A DNA stretch of 64,000 nt from an uncultured Nocardioides sp. (lineage in GTDB: Bacteria; Actinomycetota; Actinomycetes; Propionibacteriales; Nocardioidaceae). Positions 1-9,493 of this stretch are shown one piece after another. A program made the position numbers and the translations under genes. The stretch lies in NCBI GenBank assembly GCA_964591845.1, contig CAZQCA010000001.1, positions 1,135 through 65,134 on the forward strand, written 5' to 3'. A model generated the notes under the pieces. It was not told where the DNA came from. It made no database searches and was given only the letters and a program-made list of their open reading frames with translations. How positions within the stretch are numbered: the stretch's first letter is position 1; the number at the start of each line of letters is the position of its first letter.

Positions 1-273
1 CTGCCGCGCGACGACCGCTGGCAGACGATGGCGCGGGCCGCGCTGCGGGACGACCTGTATGCCGTGCACGCACAGCTCACCGCGCAGGTCATCGAGGAGG
101 CGCCGGGGGAGACCCCGGTCGCCGACCGGATCGCGGCGTGGGAGGAGCAGCACGGCGTACTCGTGGACCGGGCCGCCGACACGCTCGCCGAGATCTGCTC
201 CGACGACAGCGCCGACCTGGCCCGGATGTCGGTGGGACTGCGAGTGGTGCGGGGGCTGCTGCAGGCCGGCTGA
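1..273 (+). CDS. gdh: NAD-specific glutamate dehydrogenase, large GDH type (3' fragment, 5' end outside window)
   Basis: Frame 1 reads LPRDDRWQTMARAALRDDLY...ADLARMSVGLRVVRGLL*, the typical C-terminus of the large actinobacterial NAD-GDH. Confidence 0.85.
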   Translation: MPRDDRWQTMARAALRDDLYAVHAQLTAQVIEEAPGETPVADRIAAWEEQHGVLVDRAADTLAEICSDDSADLARMSVGLRVVRGLLQAG

Positions 274-284
274 CCGGCGGGGCC

Positions 285-362
285 GGAGTTGCTCCTCCGA
301 GGACCGAACTGCAGGTTTTCGGGCGGGATTTCCTGTCGTGTGGTCCTCGGAGGCGCAACCCC
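285..362. repeat. Intergenic imperfect palindrome (REP-like or bidirectional terminator)
   Basis: gttgctcctccgaggacc (288-305) pairs with ggtcctcggaggcgcaac (342-359), 17/18 match, between convergent gdh and ku. Confidence 0.6.
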
Positions 363-437
363 GTGACCCGTGGGGCTGGTGGGAGGGGCAGGCAGGCGCC
401 GGGGAGGTACGACGGCCGGTTGCGGGGTCGGGCCGGG

Positions 438-1301
438 TCAGCTGGCCTTCTTCGCGGCCTTCTTGGCGGGGGCCTTCTTCGCGGCCTTCTTGGCCGGCTT
501 CTTCTCCTCGGGCTCCTCGTCGGACTCGCCGCGTGAGGCCTTGGCGGCCTCGACCGACCGCTGCAGCGCCGCGAGCAGGTCGACCACCTCACCCGACGAC
601 TTGGTGGCCTTCTCGGTCTTCTTGACCTCGCCCCCCTCGATCTTGGCCTTCACCAGCGCCTCGACCGCCTCGGCGTAGTCGTCCTCGAACTCGTCGGGGT
701 CGAAGTCGCCGGCTAGCGTCTCGACGAGCATGTTGGCCATCTTGACCTCGGCGTCCTTGACCTCTCCGGTCTCGACGCTGAAGTCGGGAGTCCGGACCTC
801 GTCGGGCCACATCATCGTCTGCAGCACGATCACGTCGTCGCGCACCCGCAGCACCGCCACCGACATCCGCTGTCGCAGCGCCACGGTCACGACCGCCATC
901 CGGTCGGCGTCGAGCAGGGCCTGGCGCAGCAGGGCGTAGGGCTTGGCGCCGGACTTCTCCGGCTCGAGGTAGTAGCTCTTCTCGAACAGCATCGGGTCGA
1001 TCTGCTCGGTCGGCACGAACTTCTCGACCGCGATCTCCCTCGAGGACGACGACGGCAGCTCGTTCATGTCGTCGTCGGTGAGGATGACCATCTCGCCGTC
1101 CTCGGTCTCGTAGCCCTTGGCGATGTCGGCGTAGGCCACCTCCTCGCCGTCCACCGAGCAGACCCGCTGGTACTTGATCCGGCCGCCGTCCTTGGCGTGG
1201 ACCTGCCGGAACGACACGTCGTGCGACTCCGTCGCGGCATAGAGCTTGACGGGCACGTTGACCAGCCCGAAGGACACCGAGCCCTTCCAGATCGCACGCA
1301 T
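438..1301 (-). CDS. ku: Non-homologous end-joining protein Ku
   Basis: MRAIWKGSVSFGLVNVPVKLY, GRIKYQRVC, KGYE, YYLEP and VVDLLAALQRS motifs, plus a basic PAKKAAKK tail. Confidence 0.97.
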   Translation of the reverse strand: MRAIWKGSVSFGLVNVPVKLYAATESHDVSFRQVHAKDGGRIKYQRVCSVDGEEVAYADIAKGYETEDGEMVILTDDDMNELPSSSSREIAVEKFVPTEQIDPMLFEKSYYLEPEKSGAKPYALLRQALLDADRMAVVTVALRQRMSVAVLRVRDDVIVLQTMMWPDEVRTPDFSVETGEVKDAEVKMANMLVETLAGDFDPDEFEDDYAEAVEALVKAKIEGGEVKKTEKATKSSGEVVDLLAALQRSVEAAKASRGESDEEPEEKKPAKKAAKKAPAKKAAKKAS

Positions 1302-1442
1302 GGGGAAGAACCTTTCGGTCAGCCGAGACTGGATGCGGTCGCCGACCGCGAGAGCACTCTCACGGCACTGCAGTCACACCAGTATCGGGTACGACGCCCG
1401 ATCACGCACCCGGTCGCGTGTCGGCTGGGCCAGGATGGGGGC

Positions 1443-2393
1443 ATGCGTCCGATGCTCGCGACCAAGGGGCAGCACCTGCCTGCGGGCGGCGGGTGGGTGC
1501 ACGAGGTCAAGTGGGACGGCATGCGGGTGCTCGCCGACATCGGCGCCGCGAGGGACCGGCGCGTGCGGCTCACCAGTCGCACCGAGAAGGACGCGACCGT
1601 GTCGTTCCCCGAGCTGCATGAACTCCCGGGTGACGACCTGCTGCTCGACGGGGAGGTGGTGACGCTGGTCGACGGGGCGCCGTCCTTCGCCGCCCTCGCC
1701 GAGCGCATGCACGTGAGCCGGGCCGACCGCGCCCTCGCGCTGTCCGAGCGGCTTCCCGTGACCTACCTGGTCTTCGACGTGCTGCGCCTCGACGGCCGCG
1801 ACCTGATGCGCGAGCCGCTGGAGCGGCGTCGCGAGATCCTGGAGGGGCTGGGCCTCGCCGACGTGCACTGGCAGGTGCCGCCGGCGTACGACGACGGGCC
1901 GATGCTCCTCGAGGCGACCCGCCAGCAGCACCTGGAGGGCATCGTGAGCAAGCAGCTGTCCTCACGGTACGAGCCGGGCGTGCGCAGCCGGCACTGGCTG
2001 AAGTTCCCGCACCGGCGCCGAGAGTCCTACGTGGTCGGAGGCTGGCGCCACGAGACCGACTCGACCACTCGGCTGGGCGCGGTGCTGGTGGGCGAGCCGA
2101 CCTCCGAGGGGCTGGTCTTCCGCGGTCGCGTCGGCAGCGGCATCGCCGGCAGGGCGGGCCCGATGCTCAAGGAGGCACTGGCGCCCCTGGCCCGTGACAC
2201 CAGCCCGTTCCTCGACGAGGTGCCGCGCGTCGACGCGCTCGGCACGCACTGGGTGGAGCCCGTGCTGGTCGTCGACGTGGAGTCGCTGGGCCTCTCGTCG
2301 CAGCAGCGACTGCGGCAGCCGGCGTACGTCGGTGTGCGCGCCGACCTCGGCCCGGGCGACCTCGTGGCGGCGGCTGGAGACGCAGACCTCTAG
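1443..2393 (+). CDS. ligD: ATP-dependent DNA ligase, LigD ligase domain
   Basis: PMLA, EVKWDGMR (adenylated Lys), LDGEVV, FDVL, EGIVSK, SRYEPGVRS and GRVGSG motifs. Divergent from ku. Start placed at ATG 1443. Confidence 0.93.
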   Translation: MRPMLATKGQHLPAGGGWVHEVKWDGMRVLADIGAARDRRVRLTSRTEKDATVSFPELHELPGDDLLLDGEVVTLVDGAPSFAALAERMHVSRADRALALSERLPVTYLVFDVLRLDGRDLMREPLERRREILEGLGLADVHWQVPPAYDDGPMLLEATRQQHLEGIVSKQLSSRYEPGVRSRHWLKFPHRRRESYVVGGWRHETDSTTRLGAVLVGEPTSEGLVFRGRVGSGIAGRAGPMLKEALAPLARDTSPFLDEVPRVDALGTHWVEPVLVVDVESLGLSSQQRLRQPAYVGVRADLGPGDLVAAAGDADL

Positions 2394-2486
2394 ACCAGCG
2401 CATCCCACCCGTTCGGGGGGTATCCACCGAGGGGTGCCCGGCGTAGGGTGACCTCGAACATCGAACGCCATGGGGGGCTATCTCTG

Positions 2487-5400
2487 ATGTTGTTGCGCCG
2501 CGTTCTGCTTGCCTGCACCGCTTCTGCCGTGGGAGCCGCTCTCATGGTCCCGACCGCGGCCCACGCGGCCGCCGGGCCCGTGGTGATCTCCGAGCTCCAC
2601 TACCACGCCGGCACCGATCTCTCGACCGACGACTTCCTCGAGCTGACCAACGCCGGGGACCAGTCGATCGACATCTCGGGGTGGTCGCTCACCGCCGGTG
2701 TCACCGGGGTCTTCGGGTCCGGCACCGTGATCCCGGCCGGGGGCCGCCTGGTCGGCTCACCCGACGCCGCCCGCTTCCAGACGATCTACGGCTTCGCGCC
2801 CGACTTCGTCTACAGCGGCAACCTCAGCAACAGCGGCGAGACGGTCACGCTGTCCGACGCGGCGCTGGCCGTCGTCGACACCGTGAGCTATCTCGACACC
2901 GGCGACTGGCCGACGACGCCCGACGGTTTCGGCCCCAGCCTCGAGCTGCGGGGCCTGCTGTCGGACAACACCGACCCGCTCAACTGGGGCGCGTCGACCG
3001 TCACCGGAGGCACCCCCAAGGCGGTCAACTCGCTCAACGGGACAGCCCCGCTGCCGCAGGTCAAGAACCTCACGGTCACCCCGCTACGCCCCGACCCGGG
3101 ACAGTCGGTGACCATCTCCGGCAAGCTGCCCGCCGGCTCGACCGCGACGACGCTGACCTACAAGCTCATGTACGGCGCCGACGTGACCGTGCCGTTCCTG
3201 GACGACGCGGCCAGCCCCGGCGGCGCCGGTGACGGCGTGTATGCCGCCACCCTGCCCGGCCAGGGCGCCGGGCTGCTGGTGCGCTACCGCATCAACGCCA
3301 CCTCGGGCGGCGTCGACTTCTCCGCGCCCGCGGCCGGCGACACGGTCAACTACGAGGGCTACGTCGTCCGCAACCCCGCGGTGGTCACCAACCTGCCGGT
3401 GATCGAGTGGTTCATGAGCGACGCCGTCTACAACGACATGCTCGCCAACCACCGCTTCGACGACTTCCTGACGCCCGTGCCGGTCGCCTACAACGGTCTG
3501 GTCATCGACAACGCCATGTTCCGGATCAAGGGCCAGTCGACCCGGTCGGCGGCCAAGGTGAGCTGGGCCGTCGAGCTGCCCAGCGGGCACACGCTCGACT
3601 GGCCGAGCATCCCCTACCCGGTCAAGAAGTTCGCCCTCCAGCGCGACCCCGAGCCCAACGCCCAGATGTCGTGGGAGATCATCAAGGGCGCCGGCGCCAA
3701 GTGGTTCACGGTCGACCGCATCCGCACCCAGCGCAACGGGCAGTTCCACAGCGTGGGCGGGTTCCTGCAGGACGACGACGGCGCCTGGCGCAAGTACTGG
3801 AACGTCGACGACTGGGCCATCTACAAGGGTGACAAGGGCGCGCTCGCCAAGACCGCGTCCCCTGCTGCCCTCGAGGCCACGCTGTGGCTGGACAAGAAGG
3901 CCCGCGAGGACGAGGACTACACCGACGTCTGGCAGCTCAGCCAGGTCGTGGATGCTCCCGCCTCGGTCACCCAGCAGCGGTGGATCGCCAACAACGTCAA
4001 CGTGCCCGAGCTGATCAACTACATGGCGATCAACTCGCTGATCCGGCACACCGACTCCGGCCATCACAACTGGTTCGTCAGCCGCGACACCGAGGGCACC
4101 GGCCGCTGGGAGATGTGGCACTGGGACCTCGACGTGACGTTCTTCAACGTCTCCTCCGACAAGTTCGGCACGTTCCTCGACCCGTCGGGCGTCAACCGGC
4201 TCAACCGCTCGATCATGGCCTACCCCGAGTGGCGGCAGATGTACTACCGCCGGCTCAAGAGCCTGATCGACACCTACTACCGCAACGGCGACGTCGAGCG
4301 CCGCTACGACGAGATCACCACGCCCTACCGCACTCCCGACTGGGACCTCGAGAACGCCCGCTGGAGCCTCGGCTCGTGGCAGACCTTCCGCCGCAACTTC
4401 CACCGGGCCACCGGTGACCGGCGCGAGGTCTTCGCCGACAACACCGGGGCCGGCAAGCTGATCCCGGTCTCCCAGACGGCCGCCCCGCGCGTCGTGATCA
4501 GCGAGGTCGGCTACCAGCCGACCAACCCCGACGCCGAGTTCATCGAGCTCTACAACCCGACCGACCAGGCGGTCGACCTGTCCGGCTGGACGCTCGAGGG
4601 CCTCGACCTGACGATCCAGTCGGGGACCGTGATCCTGCCCGGCGGCCGGGGCGTCTTCGTCGCCGACGACGTCCAGTTCCGCGCGGCGTACACCCCGACC
4701 ACGCAGCTGGTCGGCGGTGAGTACGCCGGCCGGCTGGCCGACGAGGGCGAGACGATCACGCTGTCGCAGGGAGCGCGTGTGGTCGACACCGTCACCTACT
4801 CGCCCTCTGCCCCGTGGCCGACCCAGGCCGCCGGTGGCGGCGCGACGCTGGAGCTGCTCGACCCCGGGTTCGACAACGACCAGGCCGACTCGTGGGCGGC
4901 CTCGTCCAACGCCGGCACGCCCGGACTGGCCAACACCAGGGTGGCCCCCGCTGACGGCACCAACCCGACCGCGCCCGGTGCGACGACCGCGACCCAGGTG
5001 CGCAACGGCGTGGCCGTCGACTGGACCGCGGGTGCGGACGACCGGACCGTGCAGCGCTACCAGGTGCTGCGCGACGGCGCGGTCATCGCCACCGTCGACG
5101 GCGAGCTGCTGTCCTACGTGGACCGTGCGGTCCCGGCGGGCACCCCGCACGTCTACACGGTGCGCTCCGTCGACGGCGCGGGCAACCTGAGCGCCCCCGG
5201 GCCCTCGGCCCCGGTCGTCGCCGGCAGCCCTGTGCTGACCGCGTTCGACGATTTCGACCAGCCCGACGGATCGCCCTGGTCCAACGCGTGGGCGGCCGAG
5301 GACCTGGCGGGCTCCGACGTGGACGTCTTCGGTGGTGCCGGACGACTGACGGTGGGCAGCGGGTCGGGCCAGTTCGCCCGGGCCAAGCTCACCGCGCCCG

Positions 5401-5843
5401 ACAAGCAGGCCGACGGCACGCTGCTGACCAGCTACCGGTGGGGCGCGACCACGCCGCTGACGAAGCTGACGTTCTGGATGCGGGCCGGCGGAGGCTGGAA
5501 CAACGCCTCCACACCGGTCAACGGCTACGGCGTCACGCTGGCGTCCAACTCGACCGGTGTCACGCTGAGCCGGGTGGCCAACAAGGCGACCGCCAACCTG
5601 GGGTCGGCCGGCAACGCCCAGGTGACGACGCCGGGAGTCAAGCAGTGGATCCGCTTCCAGGTGACCGGCTCGACCGTGCGCGTGCGCATCTGGCGCGACG
5701 GCACGGCGGAGCCCGCCGCCTGGACCGCGTCGTTCACCAACACCAGCGTGACCGCACCCGGACGCGTCTACCTGTCGGCCTACGGCTCGGGCAGCGCCGC
5801 GCGCACGGTGACGATCGACGACGTGGCGCTGTCGGGCAGCTGA
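2487..5843 (+). CDS. Secreted lamin-tail-domain / CotH kinase family protein with Fn3-like and C-terminal beta-sandwich domains
   Basis: Signal peptide ending AAHA. Two LTD repeats (VVISELHY...DFLELTN...DISGW and VVISEVGY...EFIELYN...DLSGW). CotH-like core (RIKGQST, DSGHHNWF, WHWDLDVTF). Fn3-like YQVLRDG...YTVRSVDGAGNLS. Confidence 0.8.
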   Translation: MLLRRVLLACTASAVGAALMVPTAAHAAAGPVVISELHYHAGTDLSTDDFLELTNAGDQSIDISGWSLTAGVTGVFGSGTVIPAGGRLVGSPDAARFQTIYGFAPDFVYSGNLSNSGETVTLSDAALAVVDTVSYLDTGDWPTTPDGFGPSLELRGLLSDNTDPLNWGASTVTGGTPKAVNSLNGTAPLPQVKNLTVTPLRPDPGQSVTISGKLPAGSTATTLTYKLMYGADVTVPFLDDAASPGGAGDGVYAATLPGQGAGLLVRYRINATSGGVDFSAPAAGDTVNYEGYVVRNPAVVTNLPVIEWFMSDAVYNDMLANHRFDDFLTPVPVAYNGLVIDNAMFRIKGQSTRSAAKVSWAVELPSGHTLDWPSIPYPVKKFALQRDPEPNAQMSWEIIKGAGAKWFTVDRIRTQRNGQFHSVGGFLQDDDGAWRKYWNVDDWAIYKGDKGALAKTASPAALEATLWLDKKAREDEDYTDVWQLSQVVDAPASVTQQRWIANNVNVPELINYMAINSLIRHTDSGHHNWFVSRDTEGTGRWEMWHWDLDVTFFNVSSDKFGTFLDPSGVNRLNRSIMAYPEWRQMYYRRLKSLIDTYYRNGDVERRYDEITTPYRTPDWDLENARWSLGSWQTFRRNFHRATGDRREVFADNTGAGKLIPVSQTAAPRVVISEVGYQPTNPDAEFIELYNPTDQAVDLSGWTLEGLDLTIQSGTVILPGGRGVFVADDVQFRAAYTPTTQLVGGEYAGRLADEGETITLSQGARVVDTVTYSPSAPWPTQAAGGGATLELLDPGFDNDQADSWAASSNAGTPGLANTRVAPADGTNPTAPGATTATQVRNGVAVDWTAGADDRTVQRYQVLRDGAVIATVDGELLSYVDRAVPAGTPHVYTVRSVDGAGNLSAPGPSAPVVAGSPVLTAFDDFDQPDGSPWSNAWAAEDLAGSDVDVFGGAGRLTVGSGSGQFARAKLTAPDKQADGTLLTSYRWGATTPLTKLTFWMRAGGGWNNASTPVNGYGVTLASNSTGVTLSRVANKATANLGSAGNAQVTTPGVKQWIRFQVTGSTVRVRIWRDGTAEPAAWTASFTNTSVTAPGRVYLSAYGSGSAARTVTIDDVALSGS

Positions 5844-5853
5844 ACCGGCCCGT

Positions 5854-5882
5854 CGGCCGGGCGGGTCTCTCCCGCTCGGCCG
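5854..5882 (+). terminator. GC-rich hairpin, probable terminator
   Basis: cggccgggcggg-tctct-cccgctcggccg starts 11 nt after the stop codon. Confidence 0.5.
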
Positions 5883-5904
5883 CCGCGGCTGGCAGGCTGG
5901 GGGG

Positions 5905-6606
5905 ATGCGACGCGTGCCTCGGCTGCTCGGGATCCTCCTCGTCATCGCCCTCGGGGTGACGCTGGCGCCTGCGACGGCGTACGCAGACACGGTGCGACTC
6001 GGCGGGGTCACCGTGCGGGTCGCCGACACCACGGGTCAGGTCGTCACGGTCAACCGCCGCGGCGGCTATCACGCACGGGTCGCCTGGTGGTCGCGCACCG
6101 ACACCGGCTGGCAGCGACGGATGGTGACCCGCGACGGCCGGATCGGCTACGGCGGGCTGGTGCGGCCCAAGGTGCGCAAGCAGGGCACCGGCACCACCCC
6201 CCTCGGCACCTACCGACTGCTGTCGGTGTTCGGCACCCAGGCCCGCGACGACGCGTGGCAGATCCGCTATCGACGGATCCGCAAGGGCGACTTCTGGGTC
6301 CAGGACAACAAGTCGGCCTACTACAACCGCTACCGCAACCGGCGCCAGGGGGGCTTCCGGTGGTGGCTGCCGAGCAGCAACGCCAACAGCTCCGAGCGGC
6401 TCCGGGACTTCCCCGTGCAGTACGAGCTGAGCGTGGTCACCAGCTTCAACCGCGCCCAGGTCCGGCATCGCGGCTCCGGCATCTTCCTCCACGTCAACGG
6501 CTCCGGGGCCACCGCCGGCTGCGTGAGCGCTCCGCGTCGCTTCCTCGTGCGCGTCGTACGACGCCTCGACAGCTCCCAGGCGCCCGTGATCGCGATCGGT
6601 CGGTGA
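5905..6606 (+). CDS. Secreted L,D-transpeptidase (YkuD-like) family protein
   Basis: Signal peptide, TPLGTY, and GSGIFLHV...ATAGCVS with the catalytic His and Cys. Confidence 0.85.
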   Translation: MRRVPRLLGILLVIALGVTLAPATAYADTVRLGGVTVRVADTTGQVVTVNRRGGYHARVAWWSRTDTGWQRRMVTRDGRIGYGGLVRPKVRKQGTGTTPLGTYRLLSVFGTQARDDAWQIRYRRIRKGDFWVQDNKSAYYNRYRNRRQGGFRWWLPSSNANSSERLRDFPVQYELSVVTSFNRAQVRHRGSGIFLHVNGSGATAGCVSAPRRFLVRVVRRLDSSQAPVIAIGR

Positions 6607-6613
6607 CGGCACG

Positions 6614-7531
6614 GTGAGCCCCGACCCCGGCACCGAGGTTCACGTCGAGGTCGAGGGGCACACCCTGCGCCTGTCCAACCTGGAGAAGGTGCTCTATCCC
6701 CGCACCGGCACCACCAAGGGCGAGGTCCTGCACTACTACGCGCAGATCGCGCCGGTGCTGCTGCCCCATCTGCGGGACCGGGCGGTGACCCGGATCCGCT
6801 GGCCGAACGGCGTCGAGCGGCAGAGCTTCTTCGAGAAGAACGCACCCGCGGGGACGCCCTCGTGGGTGCGCACGGCGCGAGTGCCCACCACCGGCAGCCG
6901 GGCGCCGTCGCGCAACGGCGACCATCTGGTCTTCCCGATCTGCGACGACCTGGCCACCCTGACCTGGCTCGCCAACCTTGCCGCCCTCGAGCTGCACGTG
7001 CACCAGTGGAAGGTCGGGCGCAACGGTCGGCCGCGCAACCCCGACCGGCTGGTGGTCGACCTCGACCCCGGTGAGCCCGCGGGGCTCTCGGAGTGCTGCC
7101 GGGTGGCGCTGCTGGTGCGCGACGAGCTCGGCGAGCGGGGGCTGACCGTGCGGCCGGTCACCAGCGGTTCCAAGGGGCTCCACCTCTACGCCGCGCTGCC
7201 CGGACGGCTGAACCCCGACGAGACCACCGCGCTCGCCAAGGAGGTGGCGGAGCACCTGCAGGGCGAGCAGCCGCAGCTCGTGACCGCGACGATGACCAAG
7301 ACGAAGAGACCCGGGAAGGTGTTCCTCGACTGGTCGCAGAACGCCGGCTCCAAGACCACCCTGTCGCCGTACTCGCTCCGCGGGCGCGAGCGCCCGACCG
7401 TCGCCACGCCCCTCACGTGGGAGGAGGTCGGGGCCGGCGCCGACGACCCGCTGGCGCTGGAGCAGTTCGACTTCCCCACGGTCCTCGAGCGCGTGGCCGA
7501 GCACGGCGACCTCTTCGCCGACGGTGCCTGA
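6614..7531 (+). CDS. ligD: LigD polymerase (primase-like) domain protein
   Basis: LSNLEKVLYP, TKGEVLHYY, FFEKN, PDRLVVDLDPG, TSGSKGLHLY, VFLDWSQN and PYSLR motifs. Confidence 0.95.
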   Translation: MSPDPGTEVHVEVEGHTLRLSNLEKVLYPRTGTTKGEVLHYYAQIAPVLLPHLRDRAVTRIRWPNGVERQSFFEKNAPAGTPSWVRTARVPTTGSRAPSRNGDHLVFPICDDLATLTWLANLAALELHVHQWKVGRNGRPRNPDRLVVDLDPGEPAGLSECCRVALLVRDELGERGLTVRPVTSGSKGLHLYAALPGRLNPDETTALAKEVAEHLQGEQPQLVTATMTKTKRPGKVFLDWSQNAGSKTTLSPYSLRGRERPTVATPLTWEEVGAGADDPLALEQFDFPTVLERVAEHGDLFADGA

Positions 7532-7592
7532 CCGGAGTAGCGTGCCCGATGAGCCGCCTTGGGGCGGACGATCCCTCGCACGGAGGTGTGCC

Positions 7593-7778
7593 ATGCCCGG
7601 CACGTTCGAGATCTACCAGGCCAAGGACGGGTTCCGCTTCCGCCTCAAGGCAGGCAACGGCGAGGTGGTGGCGACGGGCGAGTCCTACCCCACGCGGGCC
7701 GCGGCCATCAAGGGCACGCAGGCCGTGCAGCGGGCGGCCGACGGCGCCAAGACCGTCGACCTCACCGAGAAGAAGTAG
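7593..7778 (+). CDS. YegP/DUF1508 family small protein
   Basis: FEIYQAKDGFRFRLKAGNGEVVATGESY; RBS ggagg upstream of ATG 7593. Confidence 0.88.
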   Translation: MPGTFEIYQAKDGFRFRLKAGNGEVVATGESYPTRAAAIKGTQAVQRAADGAKTVDLTEKK

Positions 7779-8475
7779 CCGCCGCCCGCTCCGGCGCGCG
7801 CCGCGGCCTCGGCACCGGCGCGAAGTCGGAGAGCGTGAACCACGACGGCAGGGCGCGCCGCATCCGCTCCGGCCCCGCCAGCGACAAGTCGCCCGTGCGC
7901 ACGGCGCTGCGCCAGGTGGTGTCGCCGCGCCAGACCCGGACCAGCCCCCTCAGGCTGGCGTCGACCGTCACGGCGATGTCGAAACCCGGGTCGTGGTCGC
8001 AGACGTCGACGTCGGCCTCGGTCAGCACCAGCCACCAGCGGCGCTGGCCGGACTCGATGTCGCGGAAGTCGAACTGCACCACGGTGCGGCCGGTGGGCAG
8101 CGCGGCGTGGTCGACGTTGCGATGCATGTCCCACAGCAGCAGCTTGGGGTCGAGGTCTTCGTCGCCGAGGTTGCCGATCCAGCGGATGCCCCAGCCTCCG
8201 ATGGCCTCGACGATCGGCCGGAGCTCCTCGCCGGCCTCGGAGAGCCGGTAGCGGACGCCGTCGTCCTCGGCGTGACGCACGACGAGGCCGGCCCGCTCGA
8301 GCTGGGTGAGTCGCTGGGAGAGCAGGCTGGGTGACATCCGCGGCAGTCCGCGGCGCAGGTCGTTGAAGCGTTCGCTGCCGCAGGCCAGCTCTCTCACCAC
8401 GAGCATCGTCCAGCGCTCGTCGAGCAACTCCATCGCCTTGGCGACCGGGCAGAACTGGTAGTACGGCGTCCCCAT
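7762..8475 (-). CDS. HxlR family winged-helix regulator with C-terminal SCP2-like domain
   Basis: YYQFCPVAKAMELLDERWTMLVVREL...RFNDLRRGLPRMSPSLLSQRL. Confidence 0.9.
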   Translation of the reverse strand: MGTPYYQFCPVAKAMELLDERWTMLVVRELACGSERFNDLRRGLPRMSPSLLSQRLTQLERAGLVVRHAEDDGVRYRLSEAGEELRPIVEAIGGWGIRWIGNLGDEDLDPKLLLWDMHRNVDHAALPTGRTVVQFDFRDIESGQRRWWLVLTEADVDVCDHDPGFDIAVTVDASLRGLVRVWRGDTTWRSAVRTGDLSLAGPERMRRALPSWFTLSDFAPVPRPRRAPERAAATSSR

Positions 8476-8509
8476 CCGGCCAGCGTAGGTCCCGGCCGGG
8501 ACCCGGGGT

Positions 8510-8526
8510 AGTACAGATCTTGTACT
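8510..8526. promoter_or_regulatory. Palindromic operator, probably bound by the HxlR regulator
   Basis: AGTACA-gatct-TGTACT in the divergent intergenic region between the regulator and the methyltransferase. Confidence 0.6.
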
Positions 8527-8605
8527 GGAGAGCGGATCGAGGCGTTCCTAGCGTGTGTACGTCGGCACGACCGGCCGACCACACGTCAACGAAGGAACCA
8601 TCATC

Positions 8606-9490
8606 ATGAGCATCACCACCACCACATCCACCTCTACATCCGGCACCACCACCGAGCCGGGGTCCCTCGTGGGCACCCCCGAGGATCGCCAGCTCAAGGA
8701 GCGGCACCGTGCGCTCTGGGCCGTGGGTGACTACCCCGCCGTCGCGGCCGAGGTGATCCCGACCCTGGGTGAGACCCTGGTACGGGTCAGCGGGATCGAA
8801 CGTGGCCATCGCGTCCTCGACGTGGCGGCCGGCACGGGCAACGCGGCACTCCCGGCCGCGCGCACGGGCGCCGACGTGGTCGCCAACGACCTGACGCCCG
8901 AGCTCCTCGCGATCGGCGCCGCCCATGCCGAGGACCAGGGCCTGACCCTGTCGTGGGAGCAGGGTGACGCCGAGGCGCTGCCCTATGCCGACGAGTCGTT
9001 CGACCGCGTGATCAGCTGCCTGGGCGTGATGTTCGCGCCCCACCACGAGGCCGCGGCCGCGGAGCTCCTCCGGGTCACCAGGCCGGGGGGCACCGTGGGC
9101 CTGCTGAGCTGGACGCCGCAGGGGTTCATCGGCCGCATGTTCGCGACCATGAAGCCCTACGTGCCGGCACCGCCCGCGGGCGTCCGGCCGCCGCCCCTCT
9201 GGGGCGACGCCGACCACGTCCGCGACCTGCTCGGTGACGGCGTGACCGGAGTCGTGGCCGCCACCGGCATGGCGCCGATCAGCGTCTTCTCGACGGCGGA
9301 GGACTTCCTCGACTACTTCAAGCGCAACTACGGGCCGACCGTGATGGCCTACCGTGCGCTCGCCGACCAGCCGGACCGTGCCGCCGAGCTGGACGAGCAG
9401 CTGCTCGAGCTCGCGCGGTCCTTCGACCTGGGCGGGGGCCGGATGGAGTGGGAGTACCTGCTCTTCACCGGCCGTCGGGCGGCGGGCTGA
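8606..9490 (+). CDS. Class I SAM-dependent methyltransferase
   Basis: VLDVAAGTGNAA, GDAEALPY..ESFD and ELLRVTRPGG; RBS gaagga before ATG 8606. Confidence 0.9.
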   Translation: MSITTTTSTSTSGTTTEPGSLVGTPEDRQLKERHRALWAVGDYPAVAAEVIPTLGETLVRVSGIERGHRVLDVAAGTGNAALPAARTGADVVANDLTPELLAIGAAHAEDQGLTLSWEQGDAEALPYADESFDRVISCLGVMFAPHHEAAAAELLRVTRPGGTVGLLSWTPQGFIGRMFATMKPYVPAPPAGVRPPPLWGDADHVRDLLGDGVTGVVAATGMAPISVFSTAEDFLDYFKRNYGPTVMAYRALADQPDRAAELDEQLLELARSFDLGGGRMEWEYLLFTGRRAAG

Positions 9491-9493
9491 CCC

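Noticed and set aside
438-520. Repeated gccttctt units at the end of ku
   Set aside because: They encode the known basic PAKKA tail of actinobacterial Ku.
3084-6032. 982-aa minus-strand ORF
   Set aside because: Shadow of the LTD-CotH gene.
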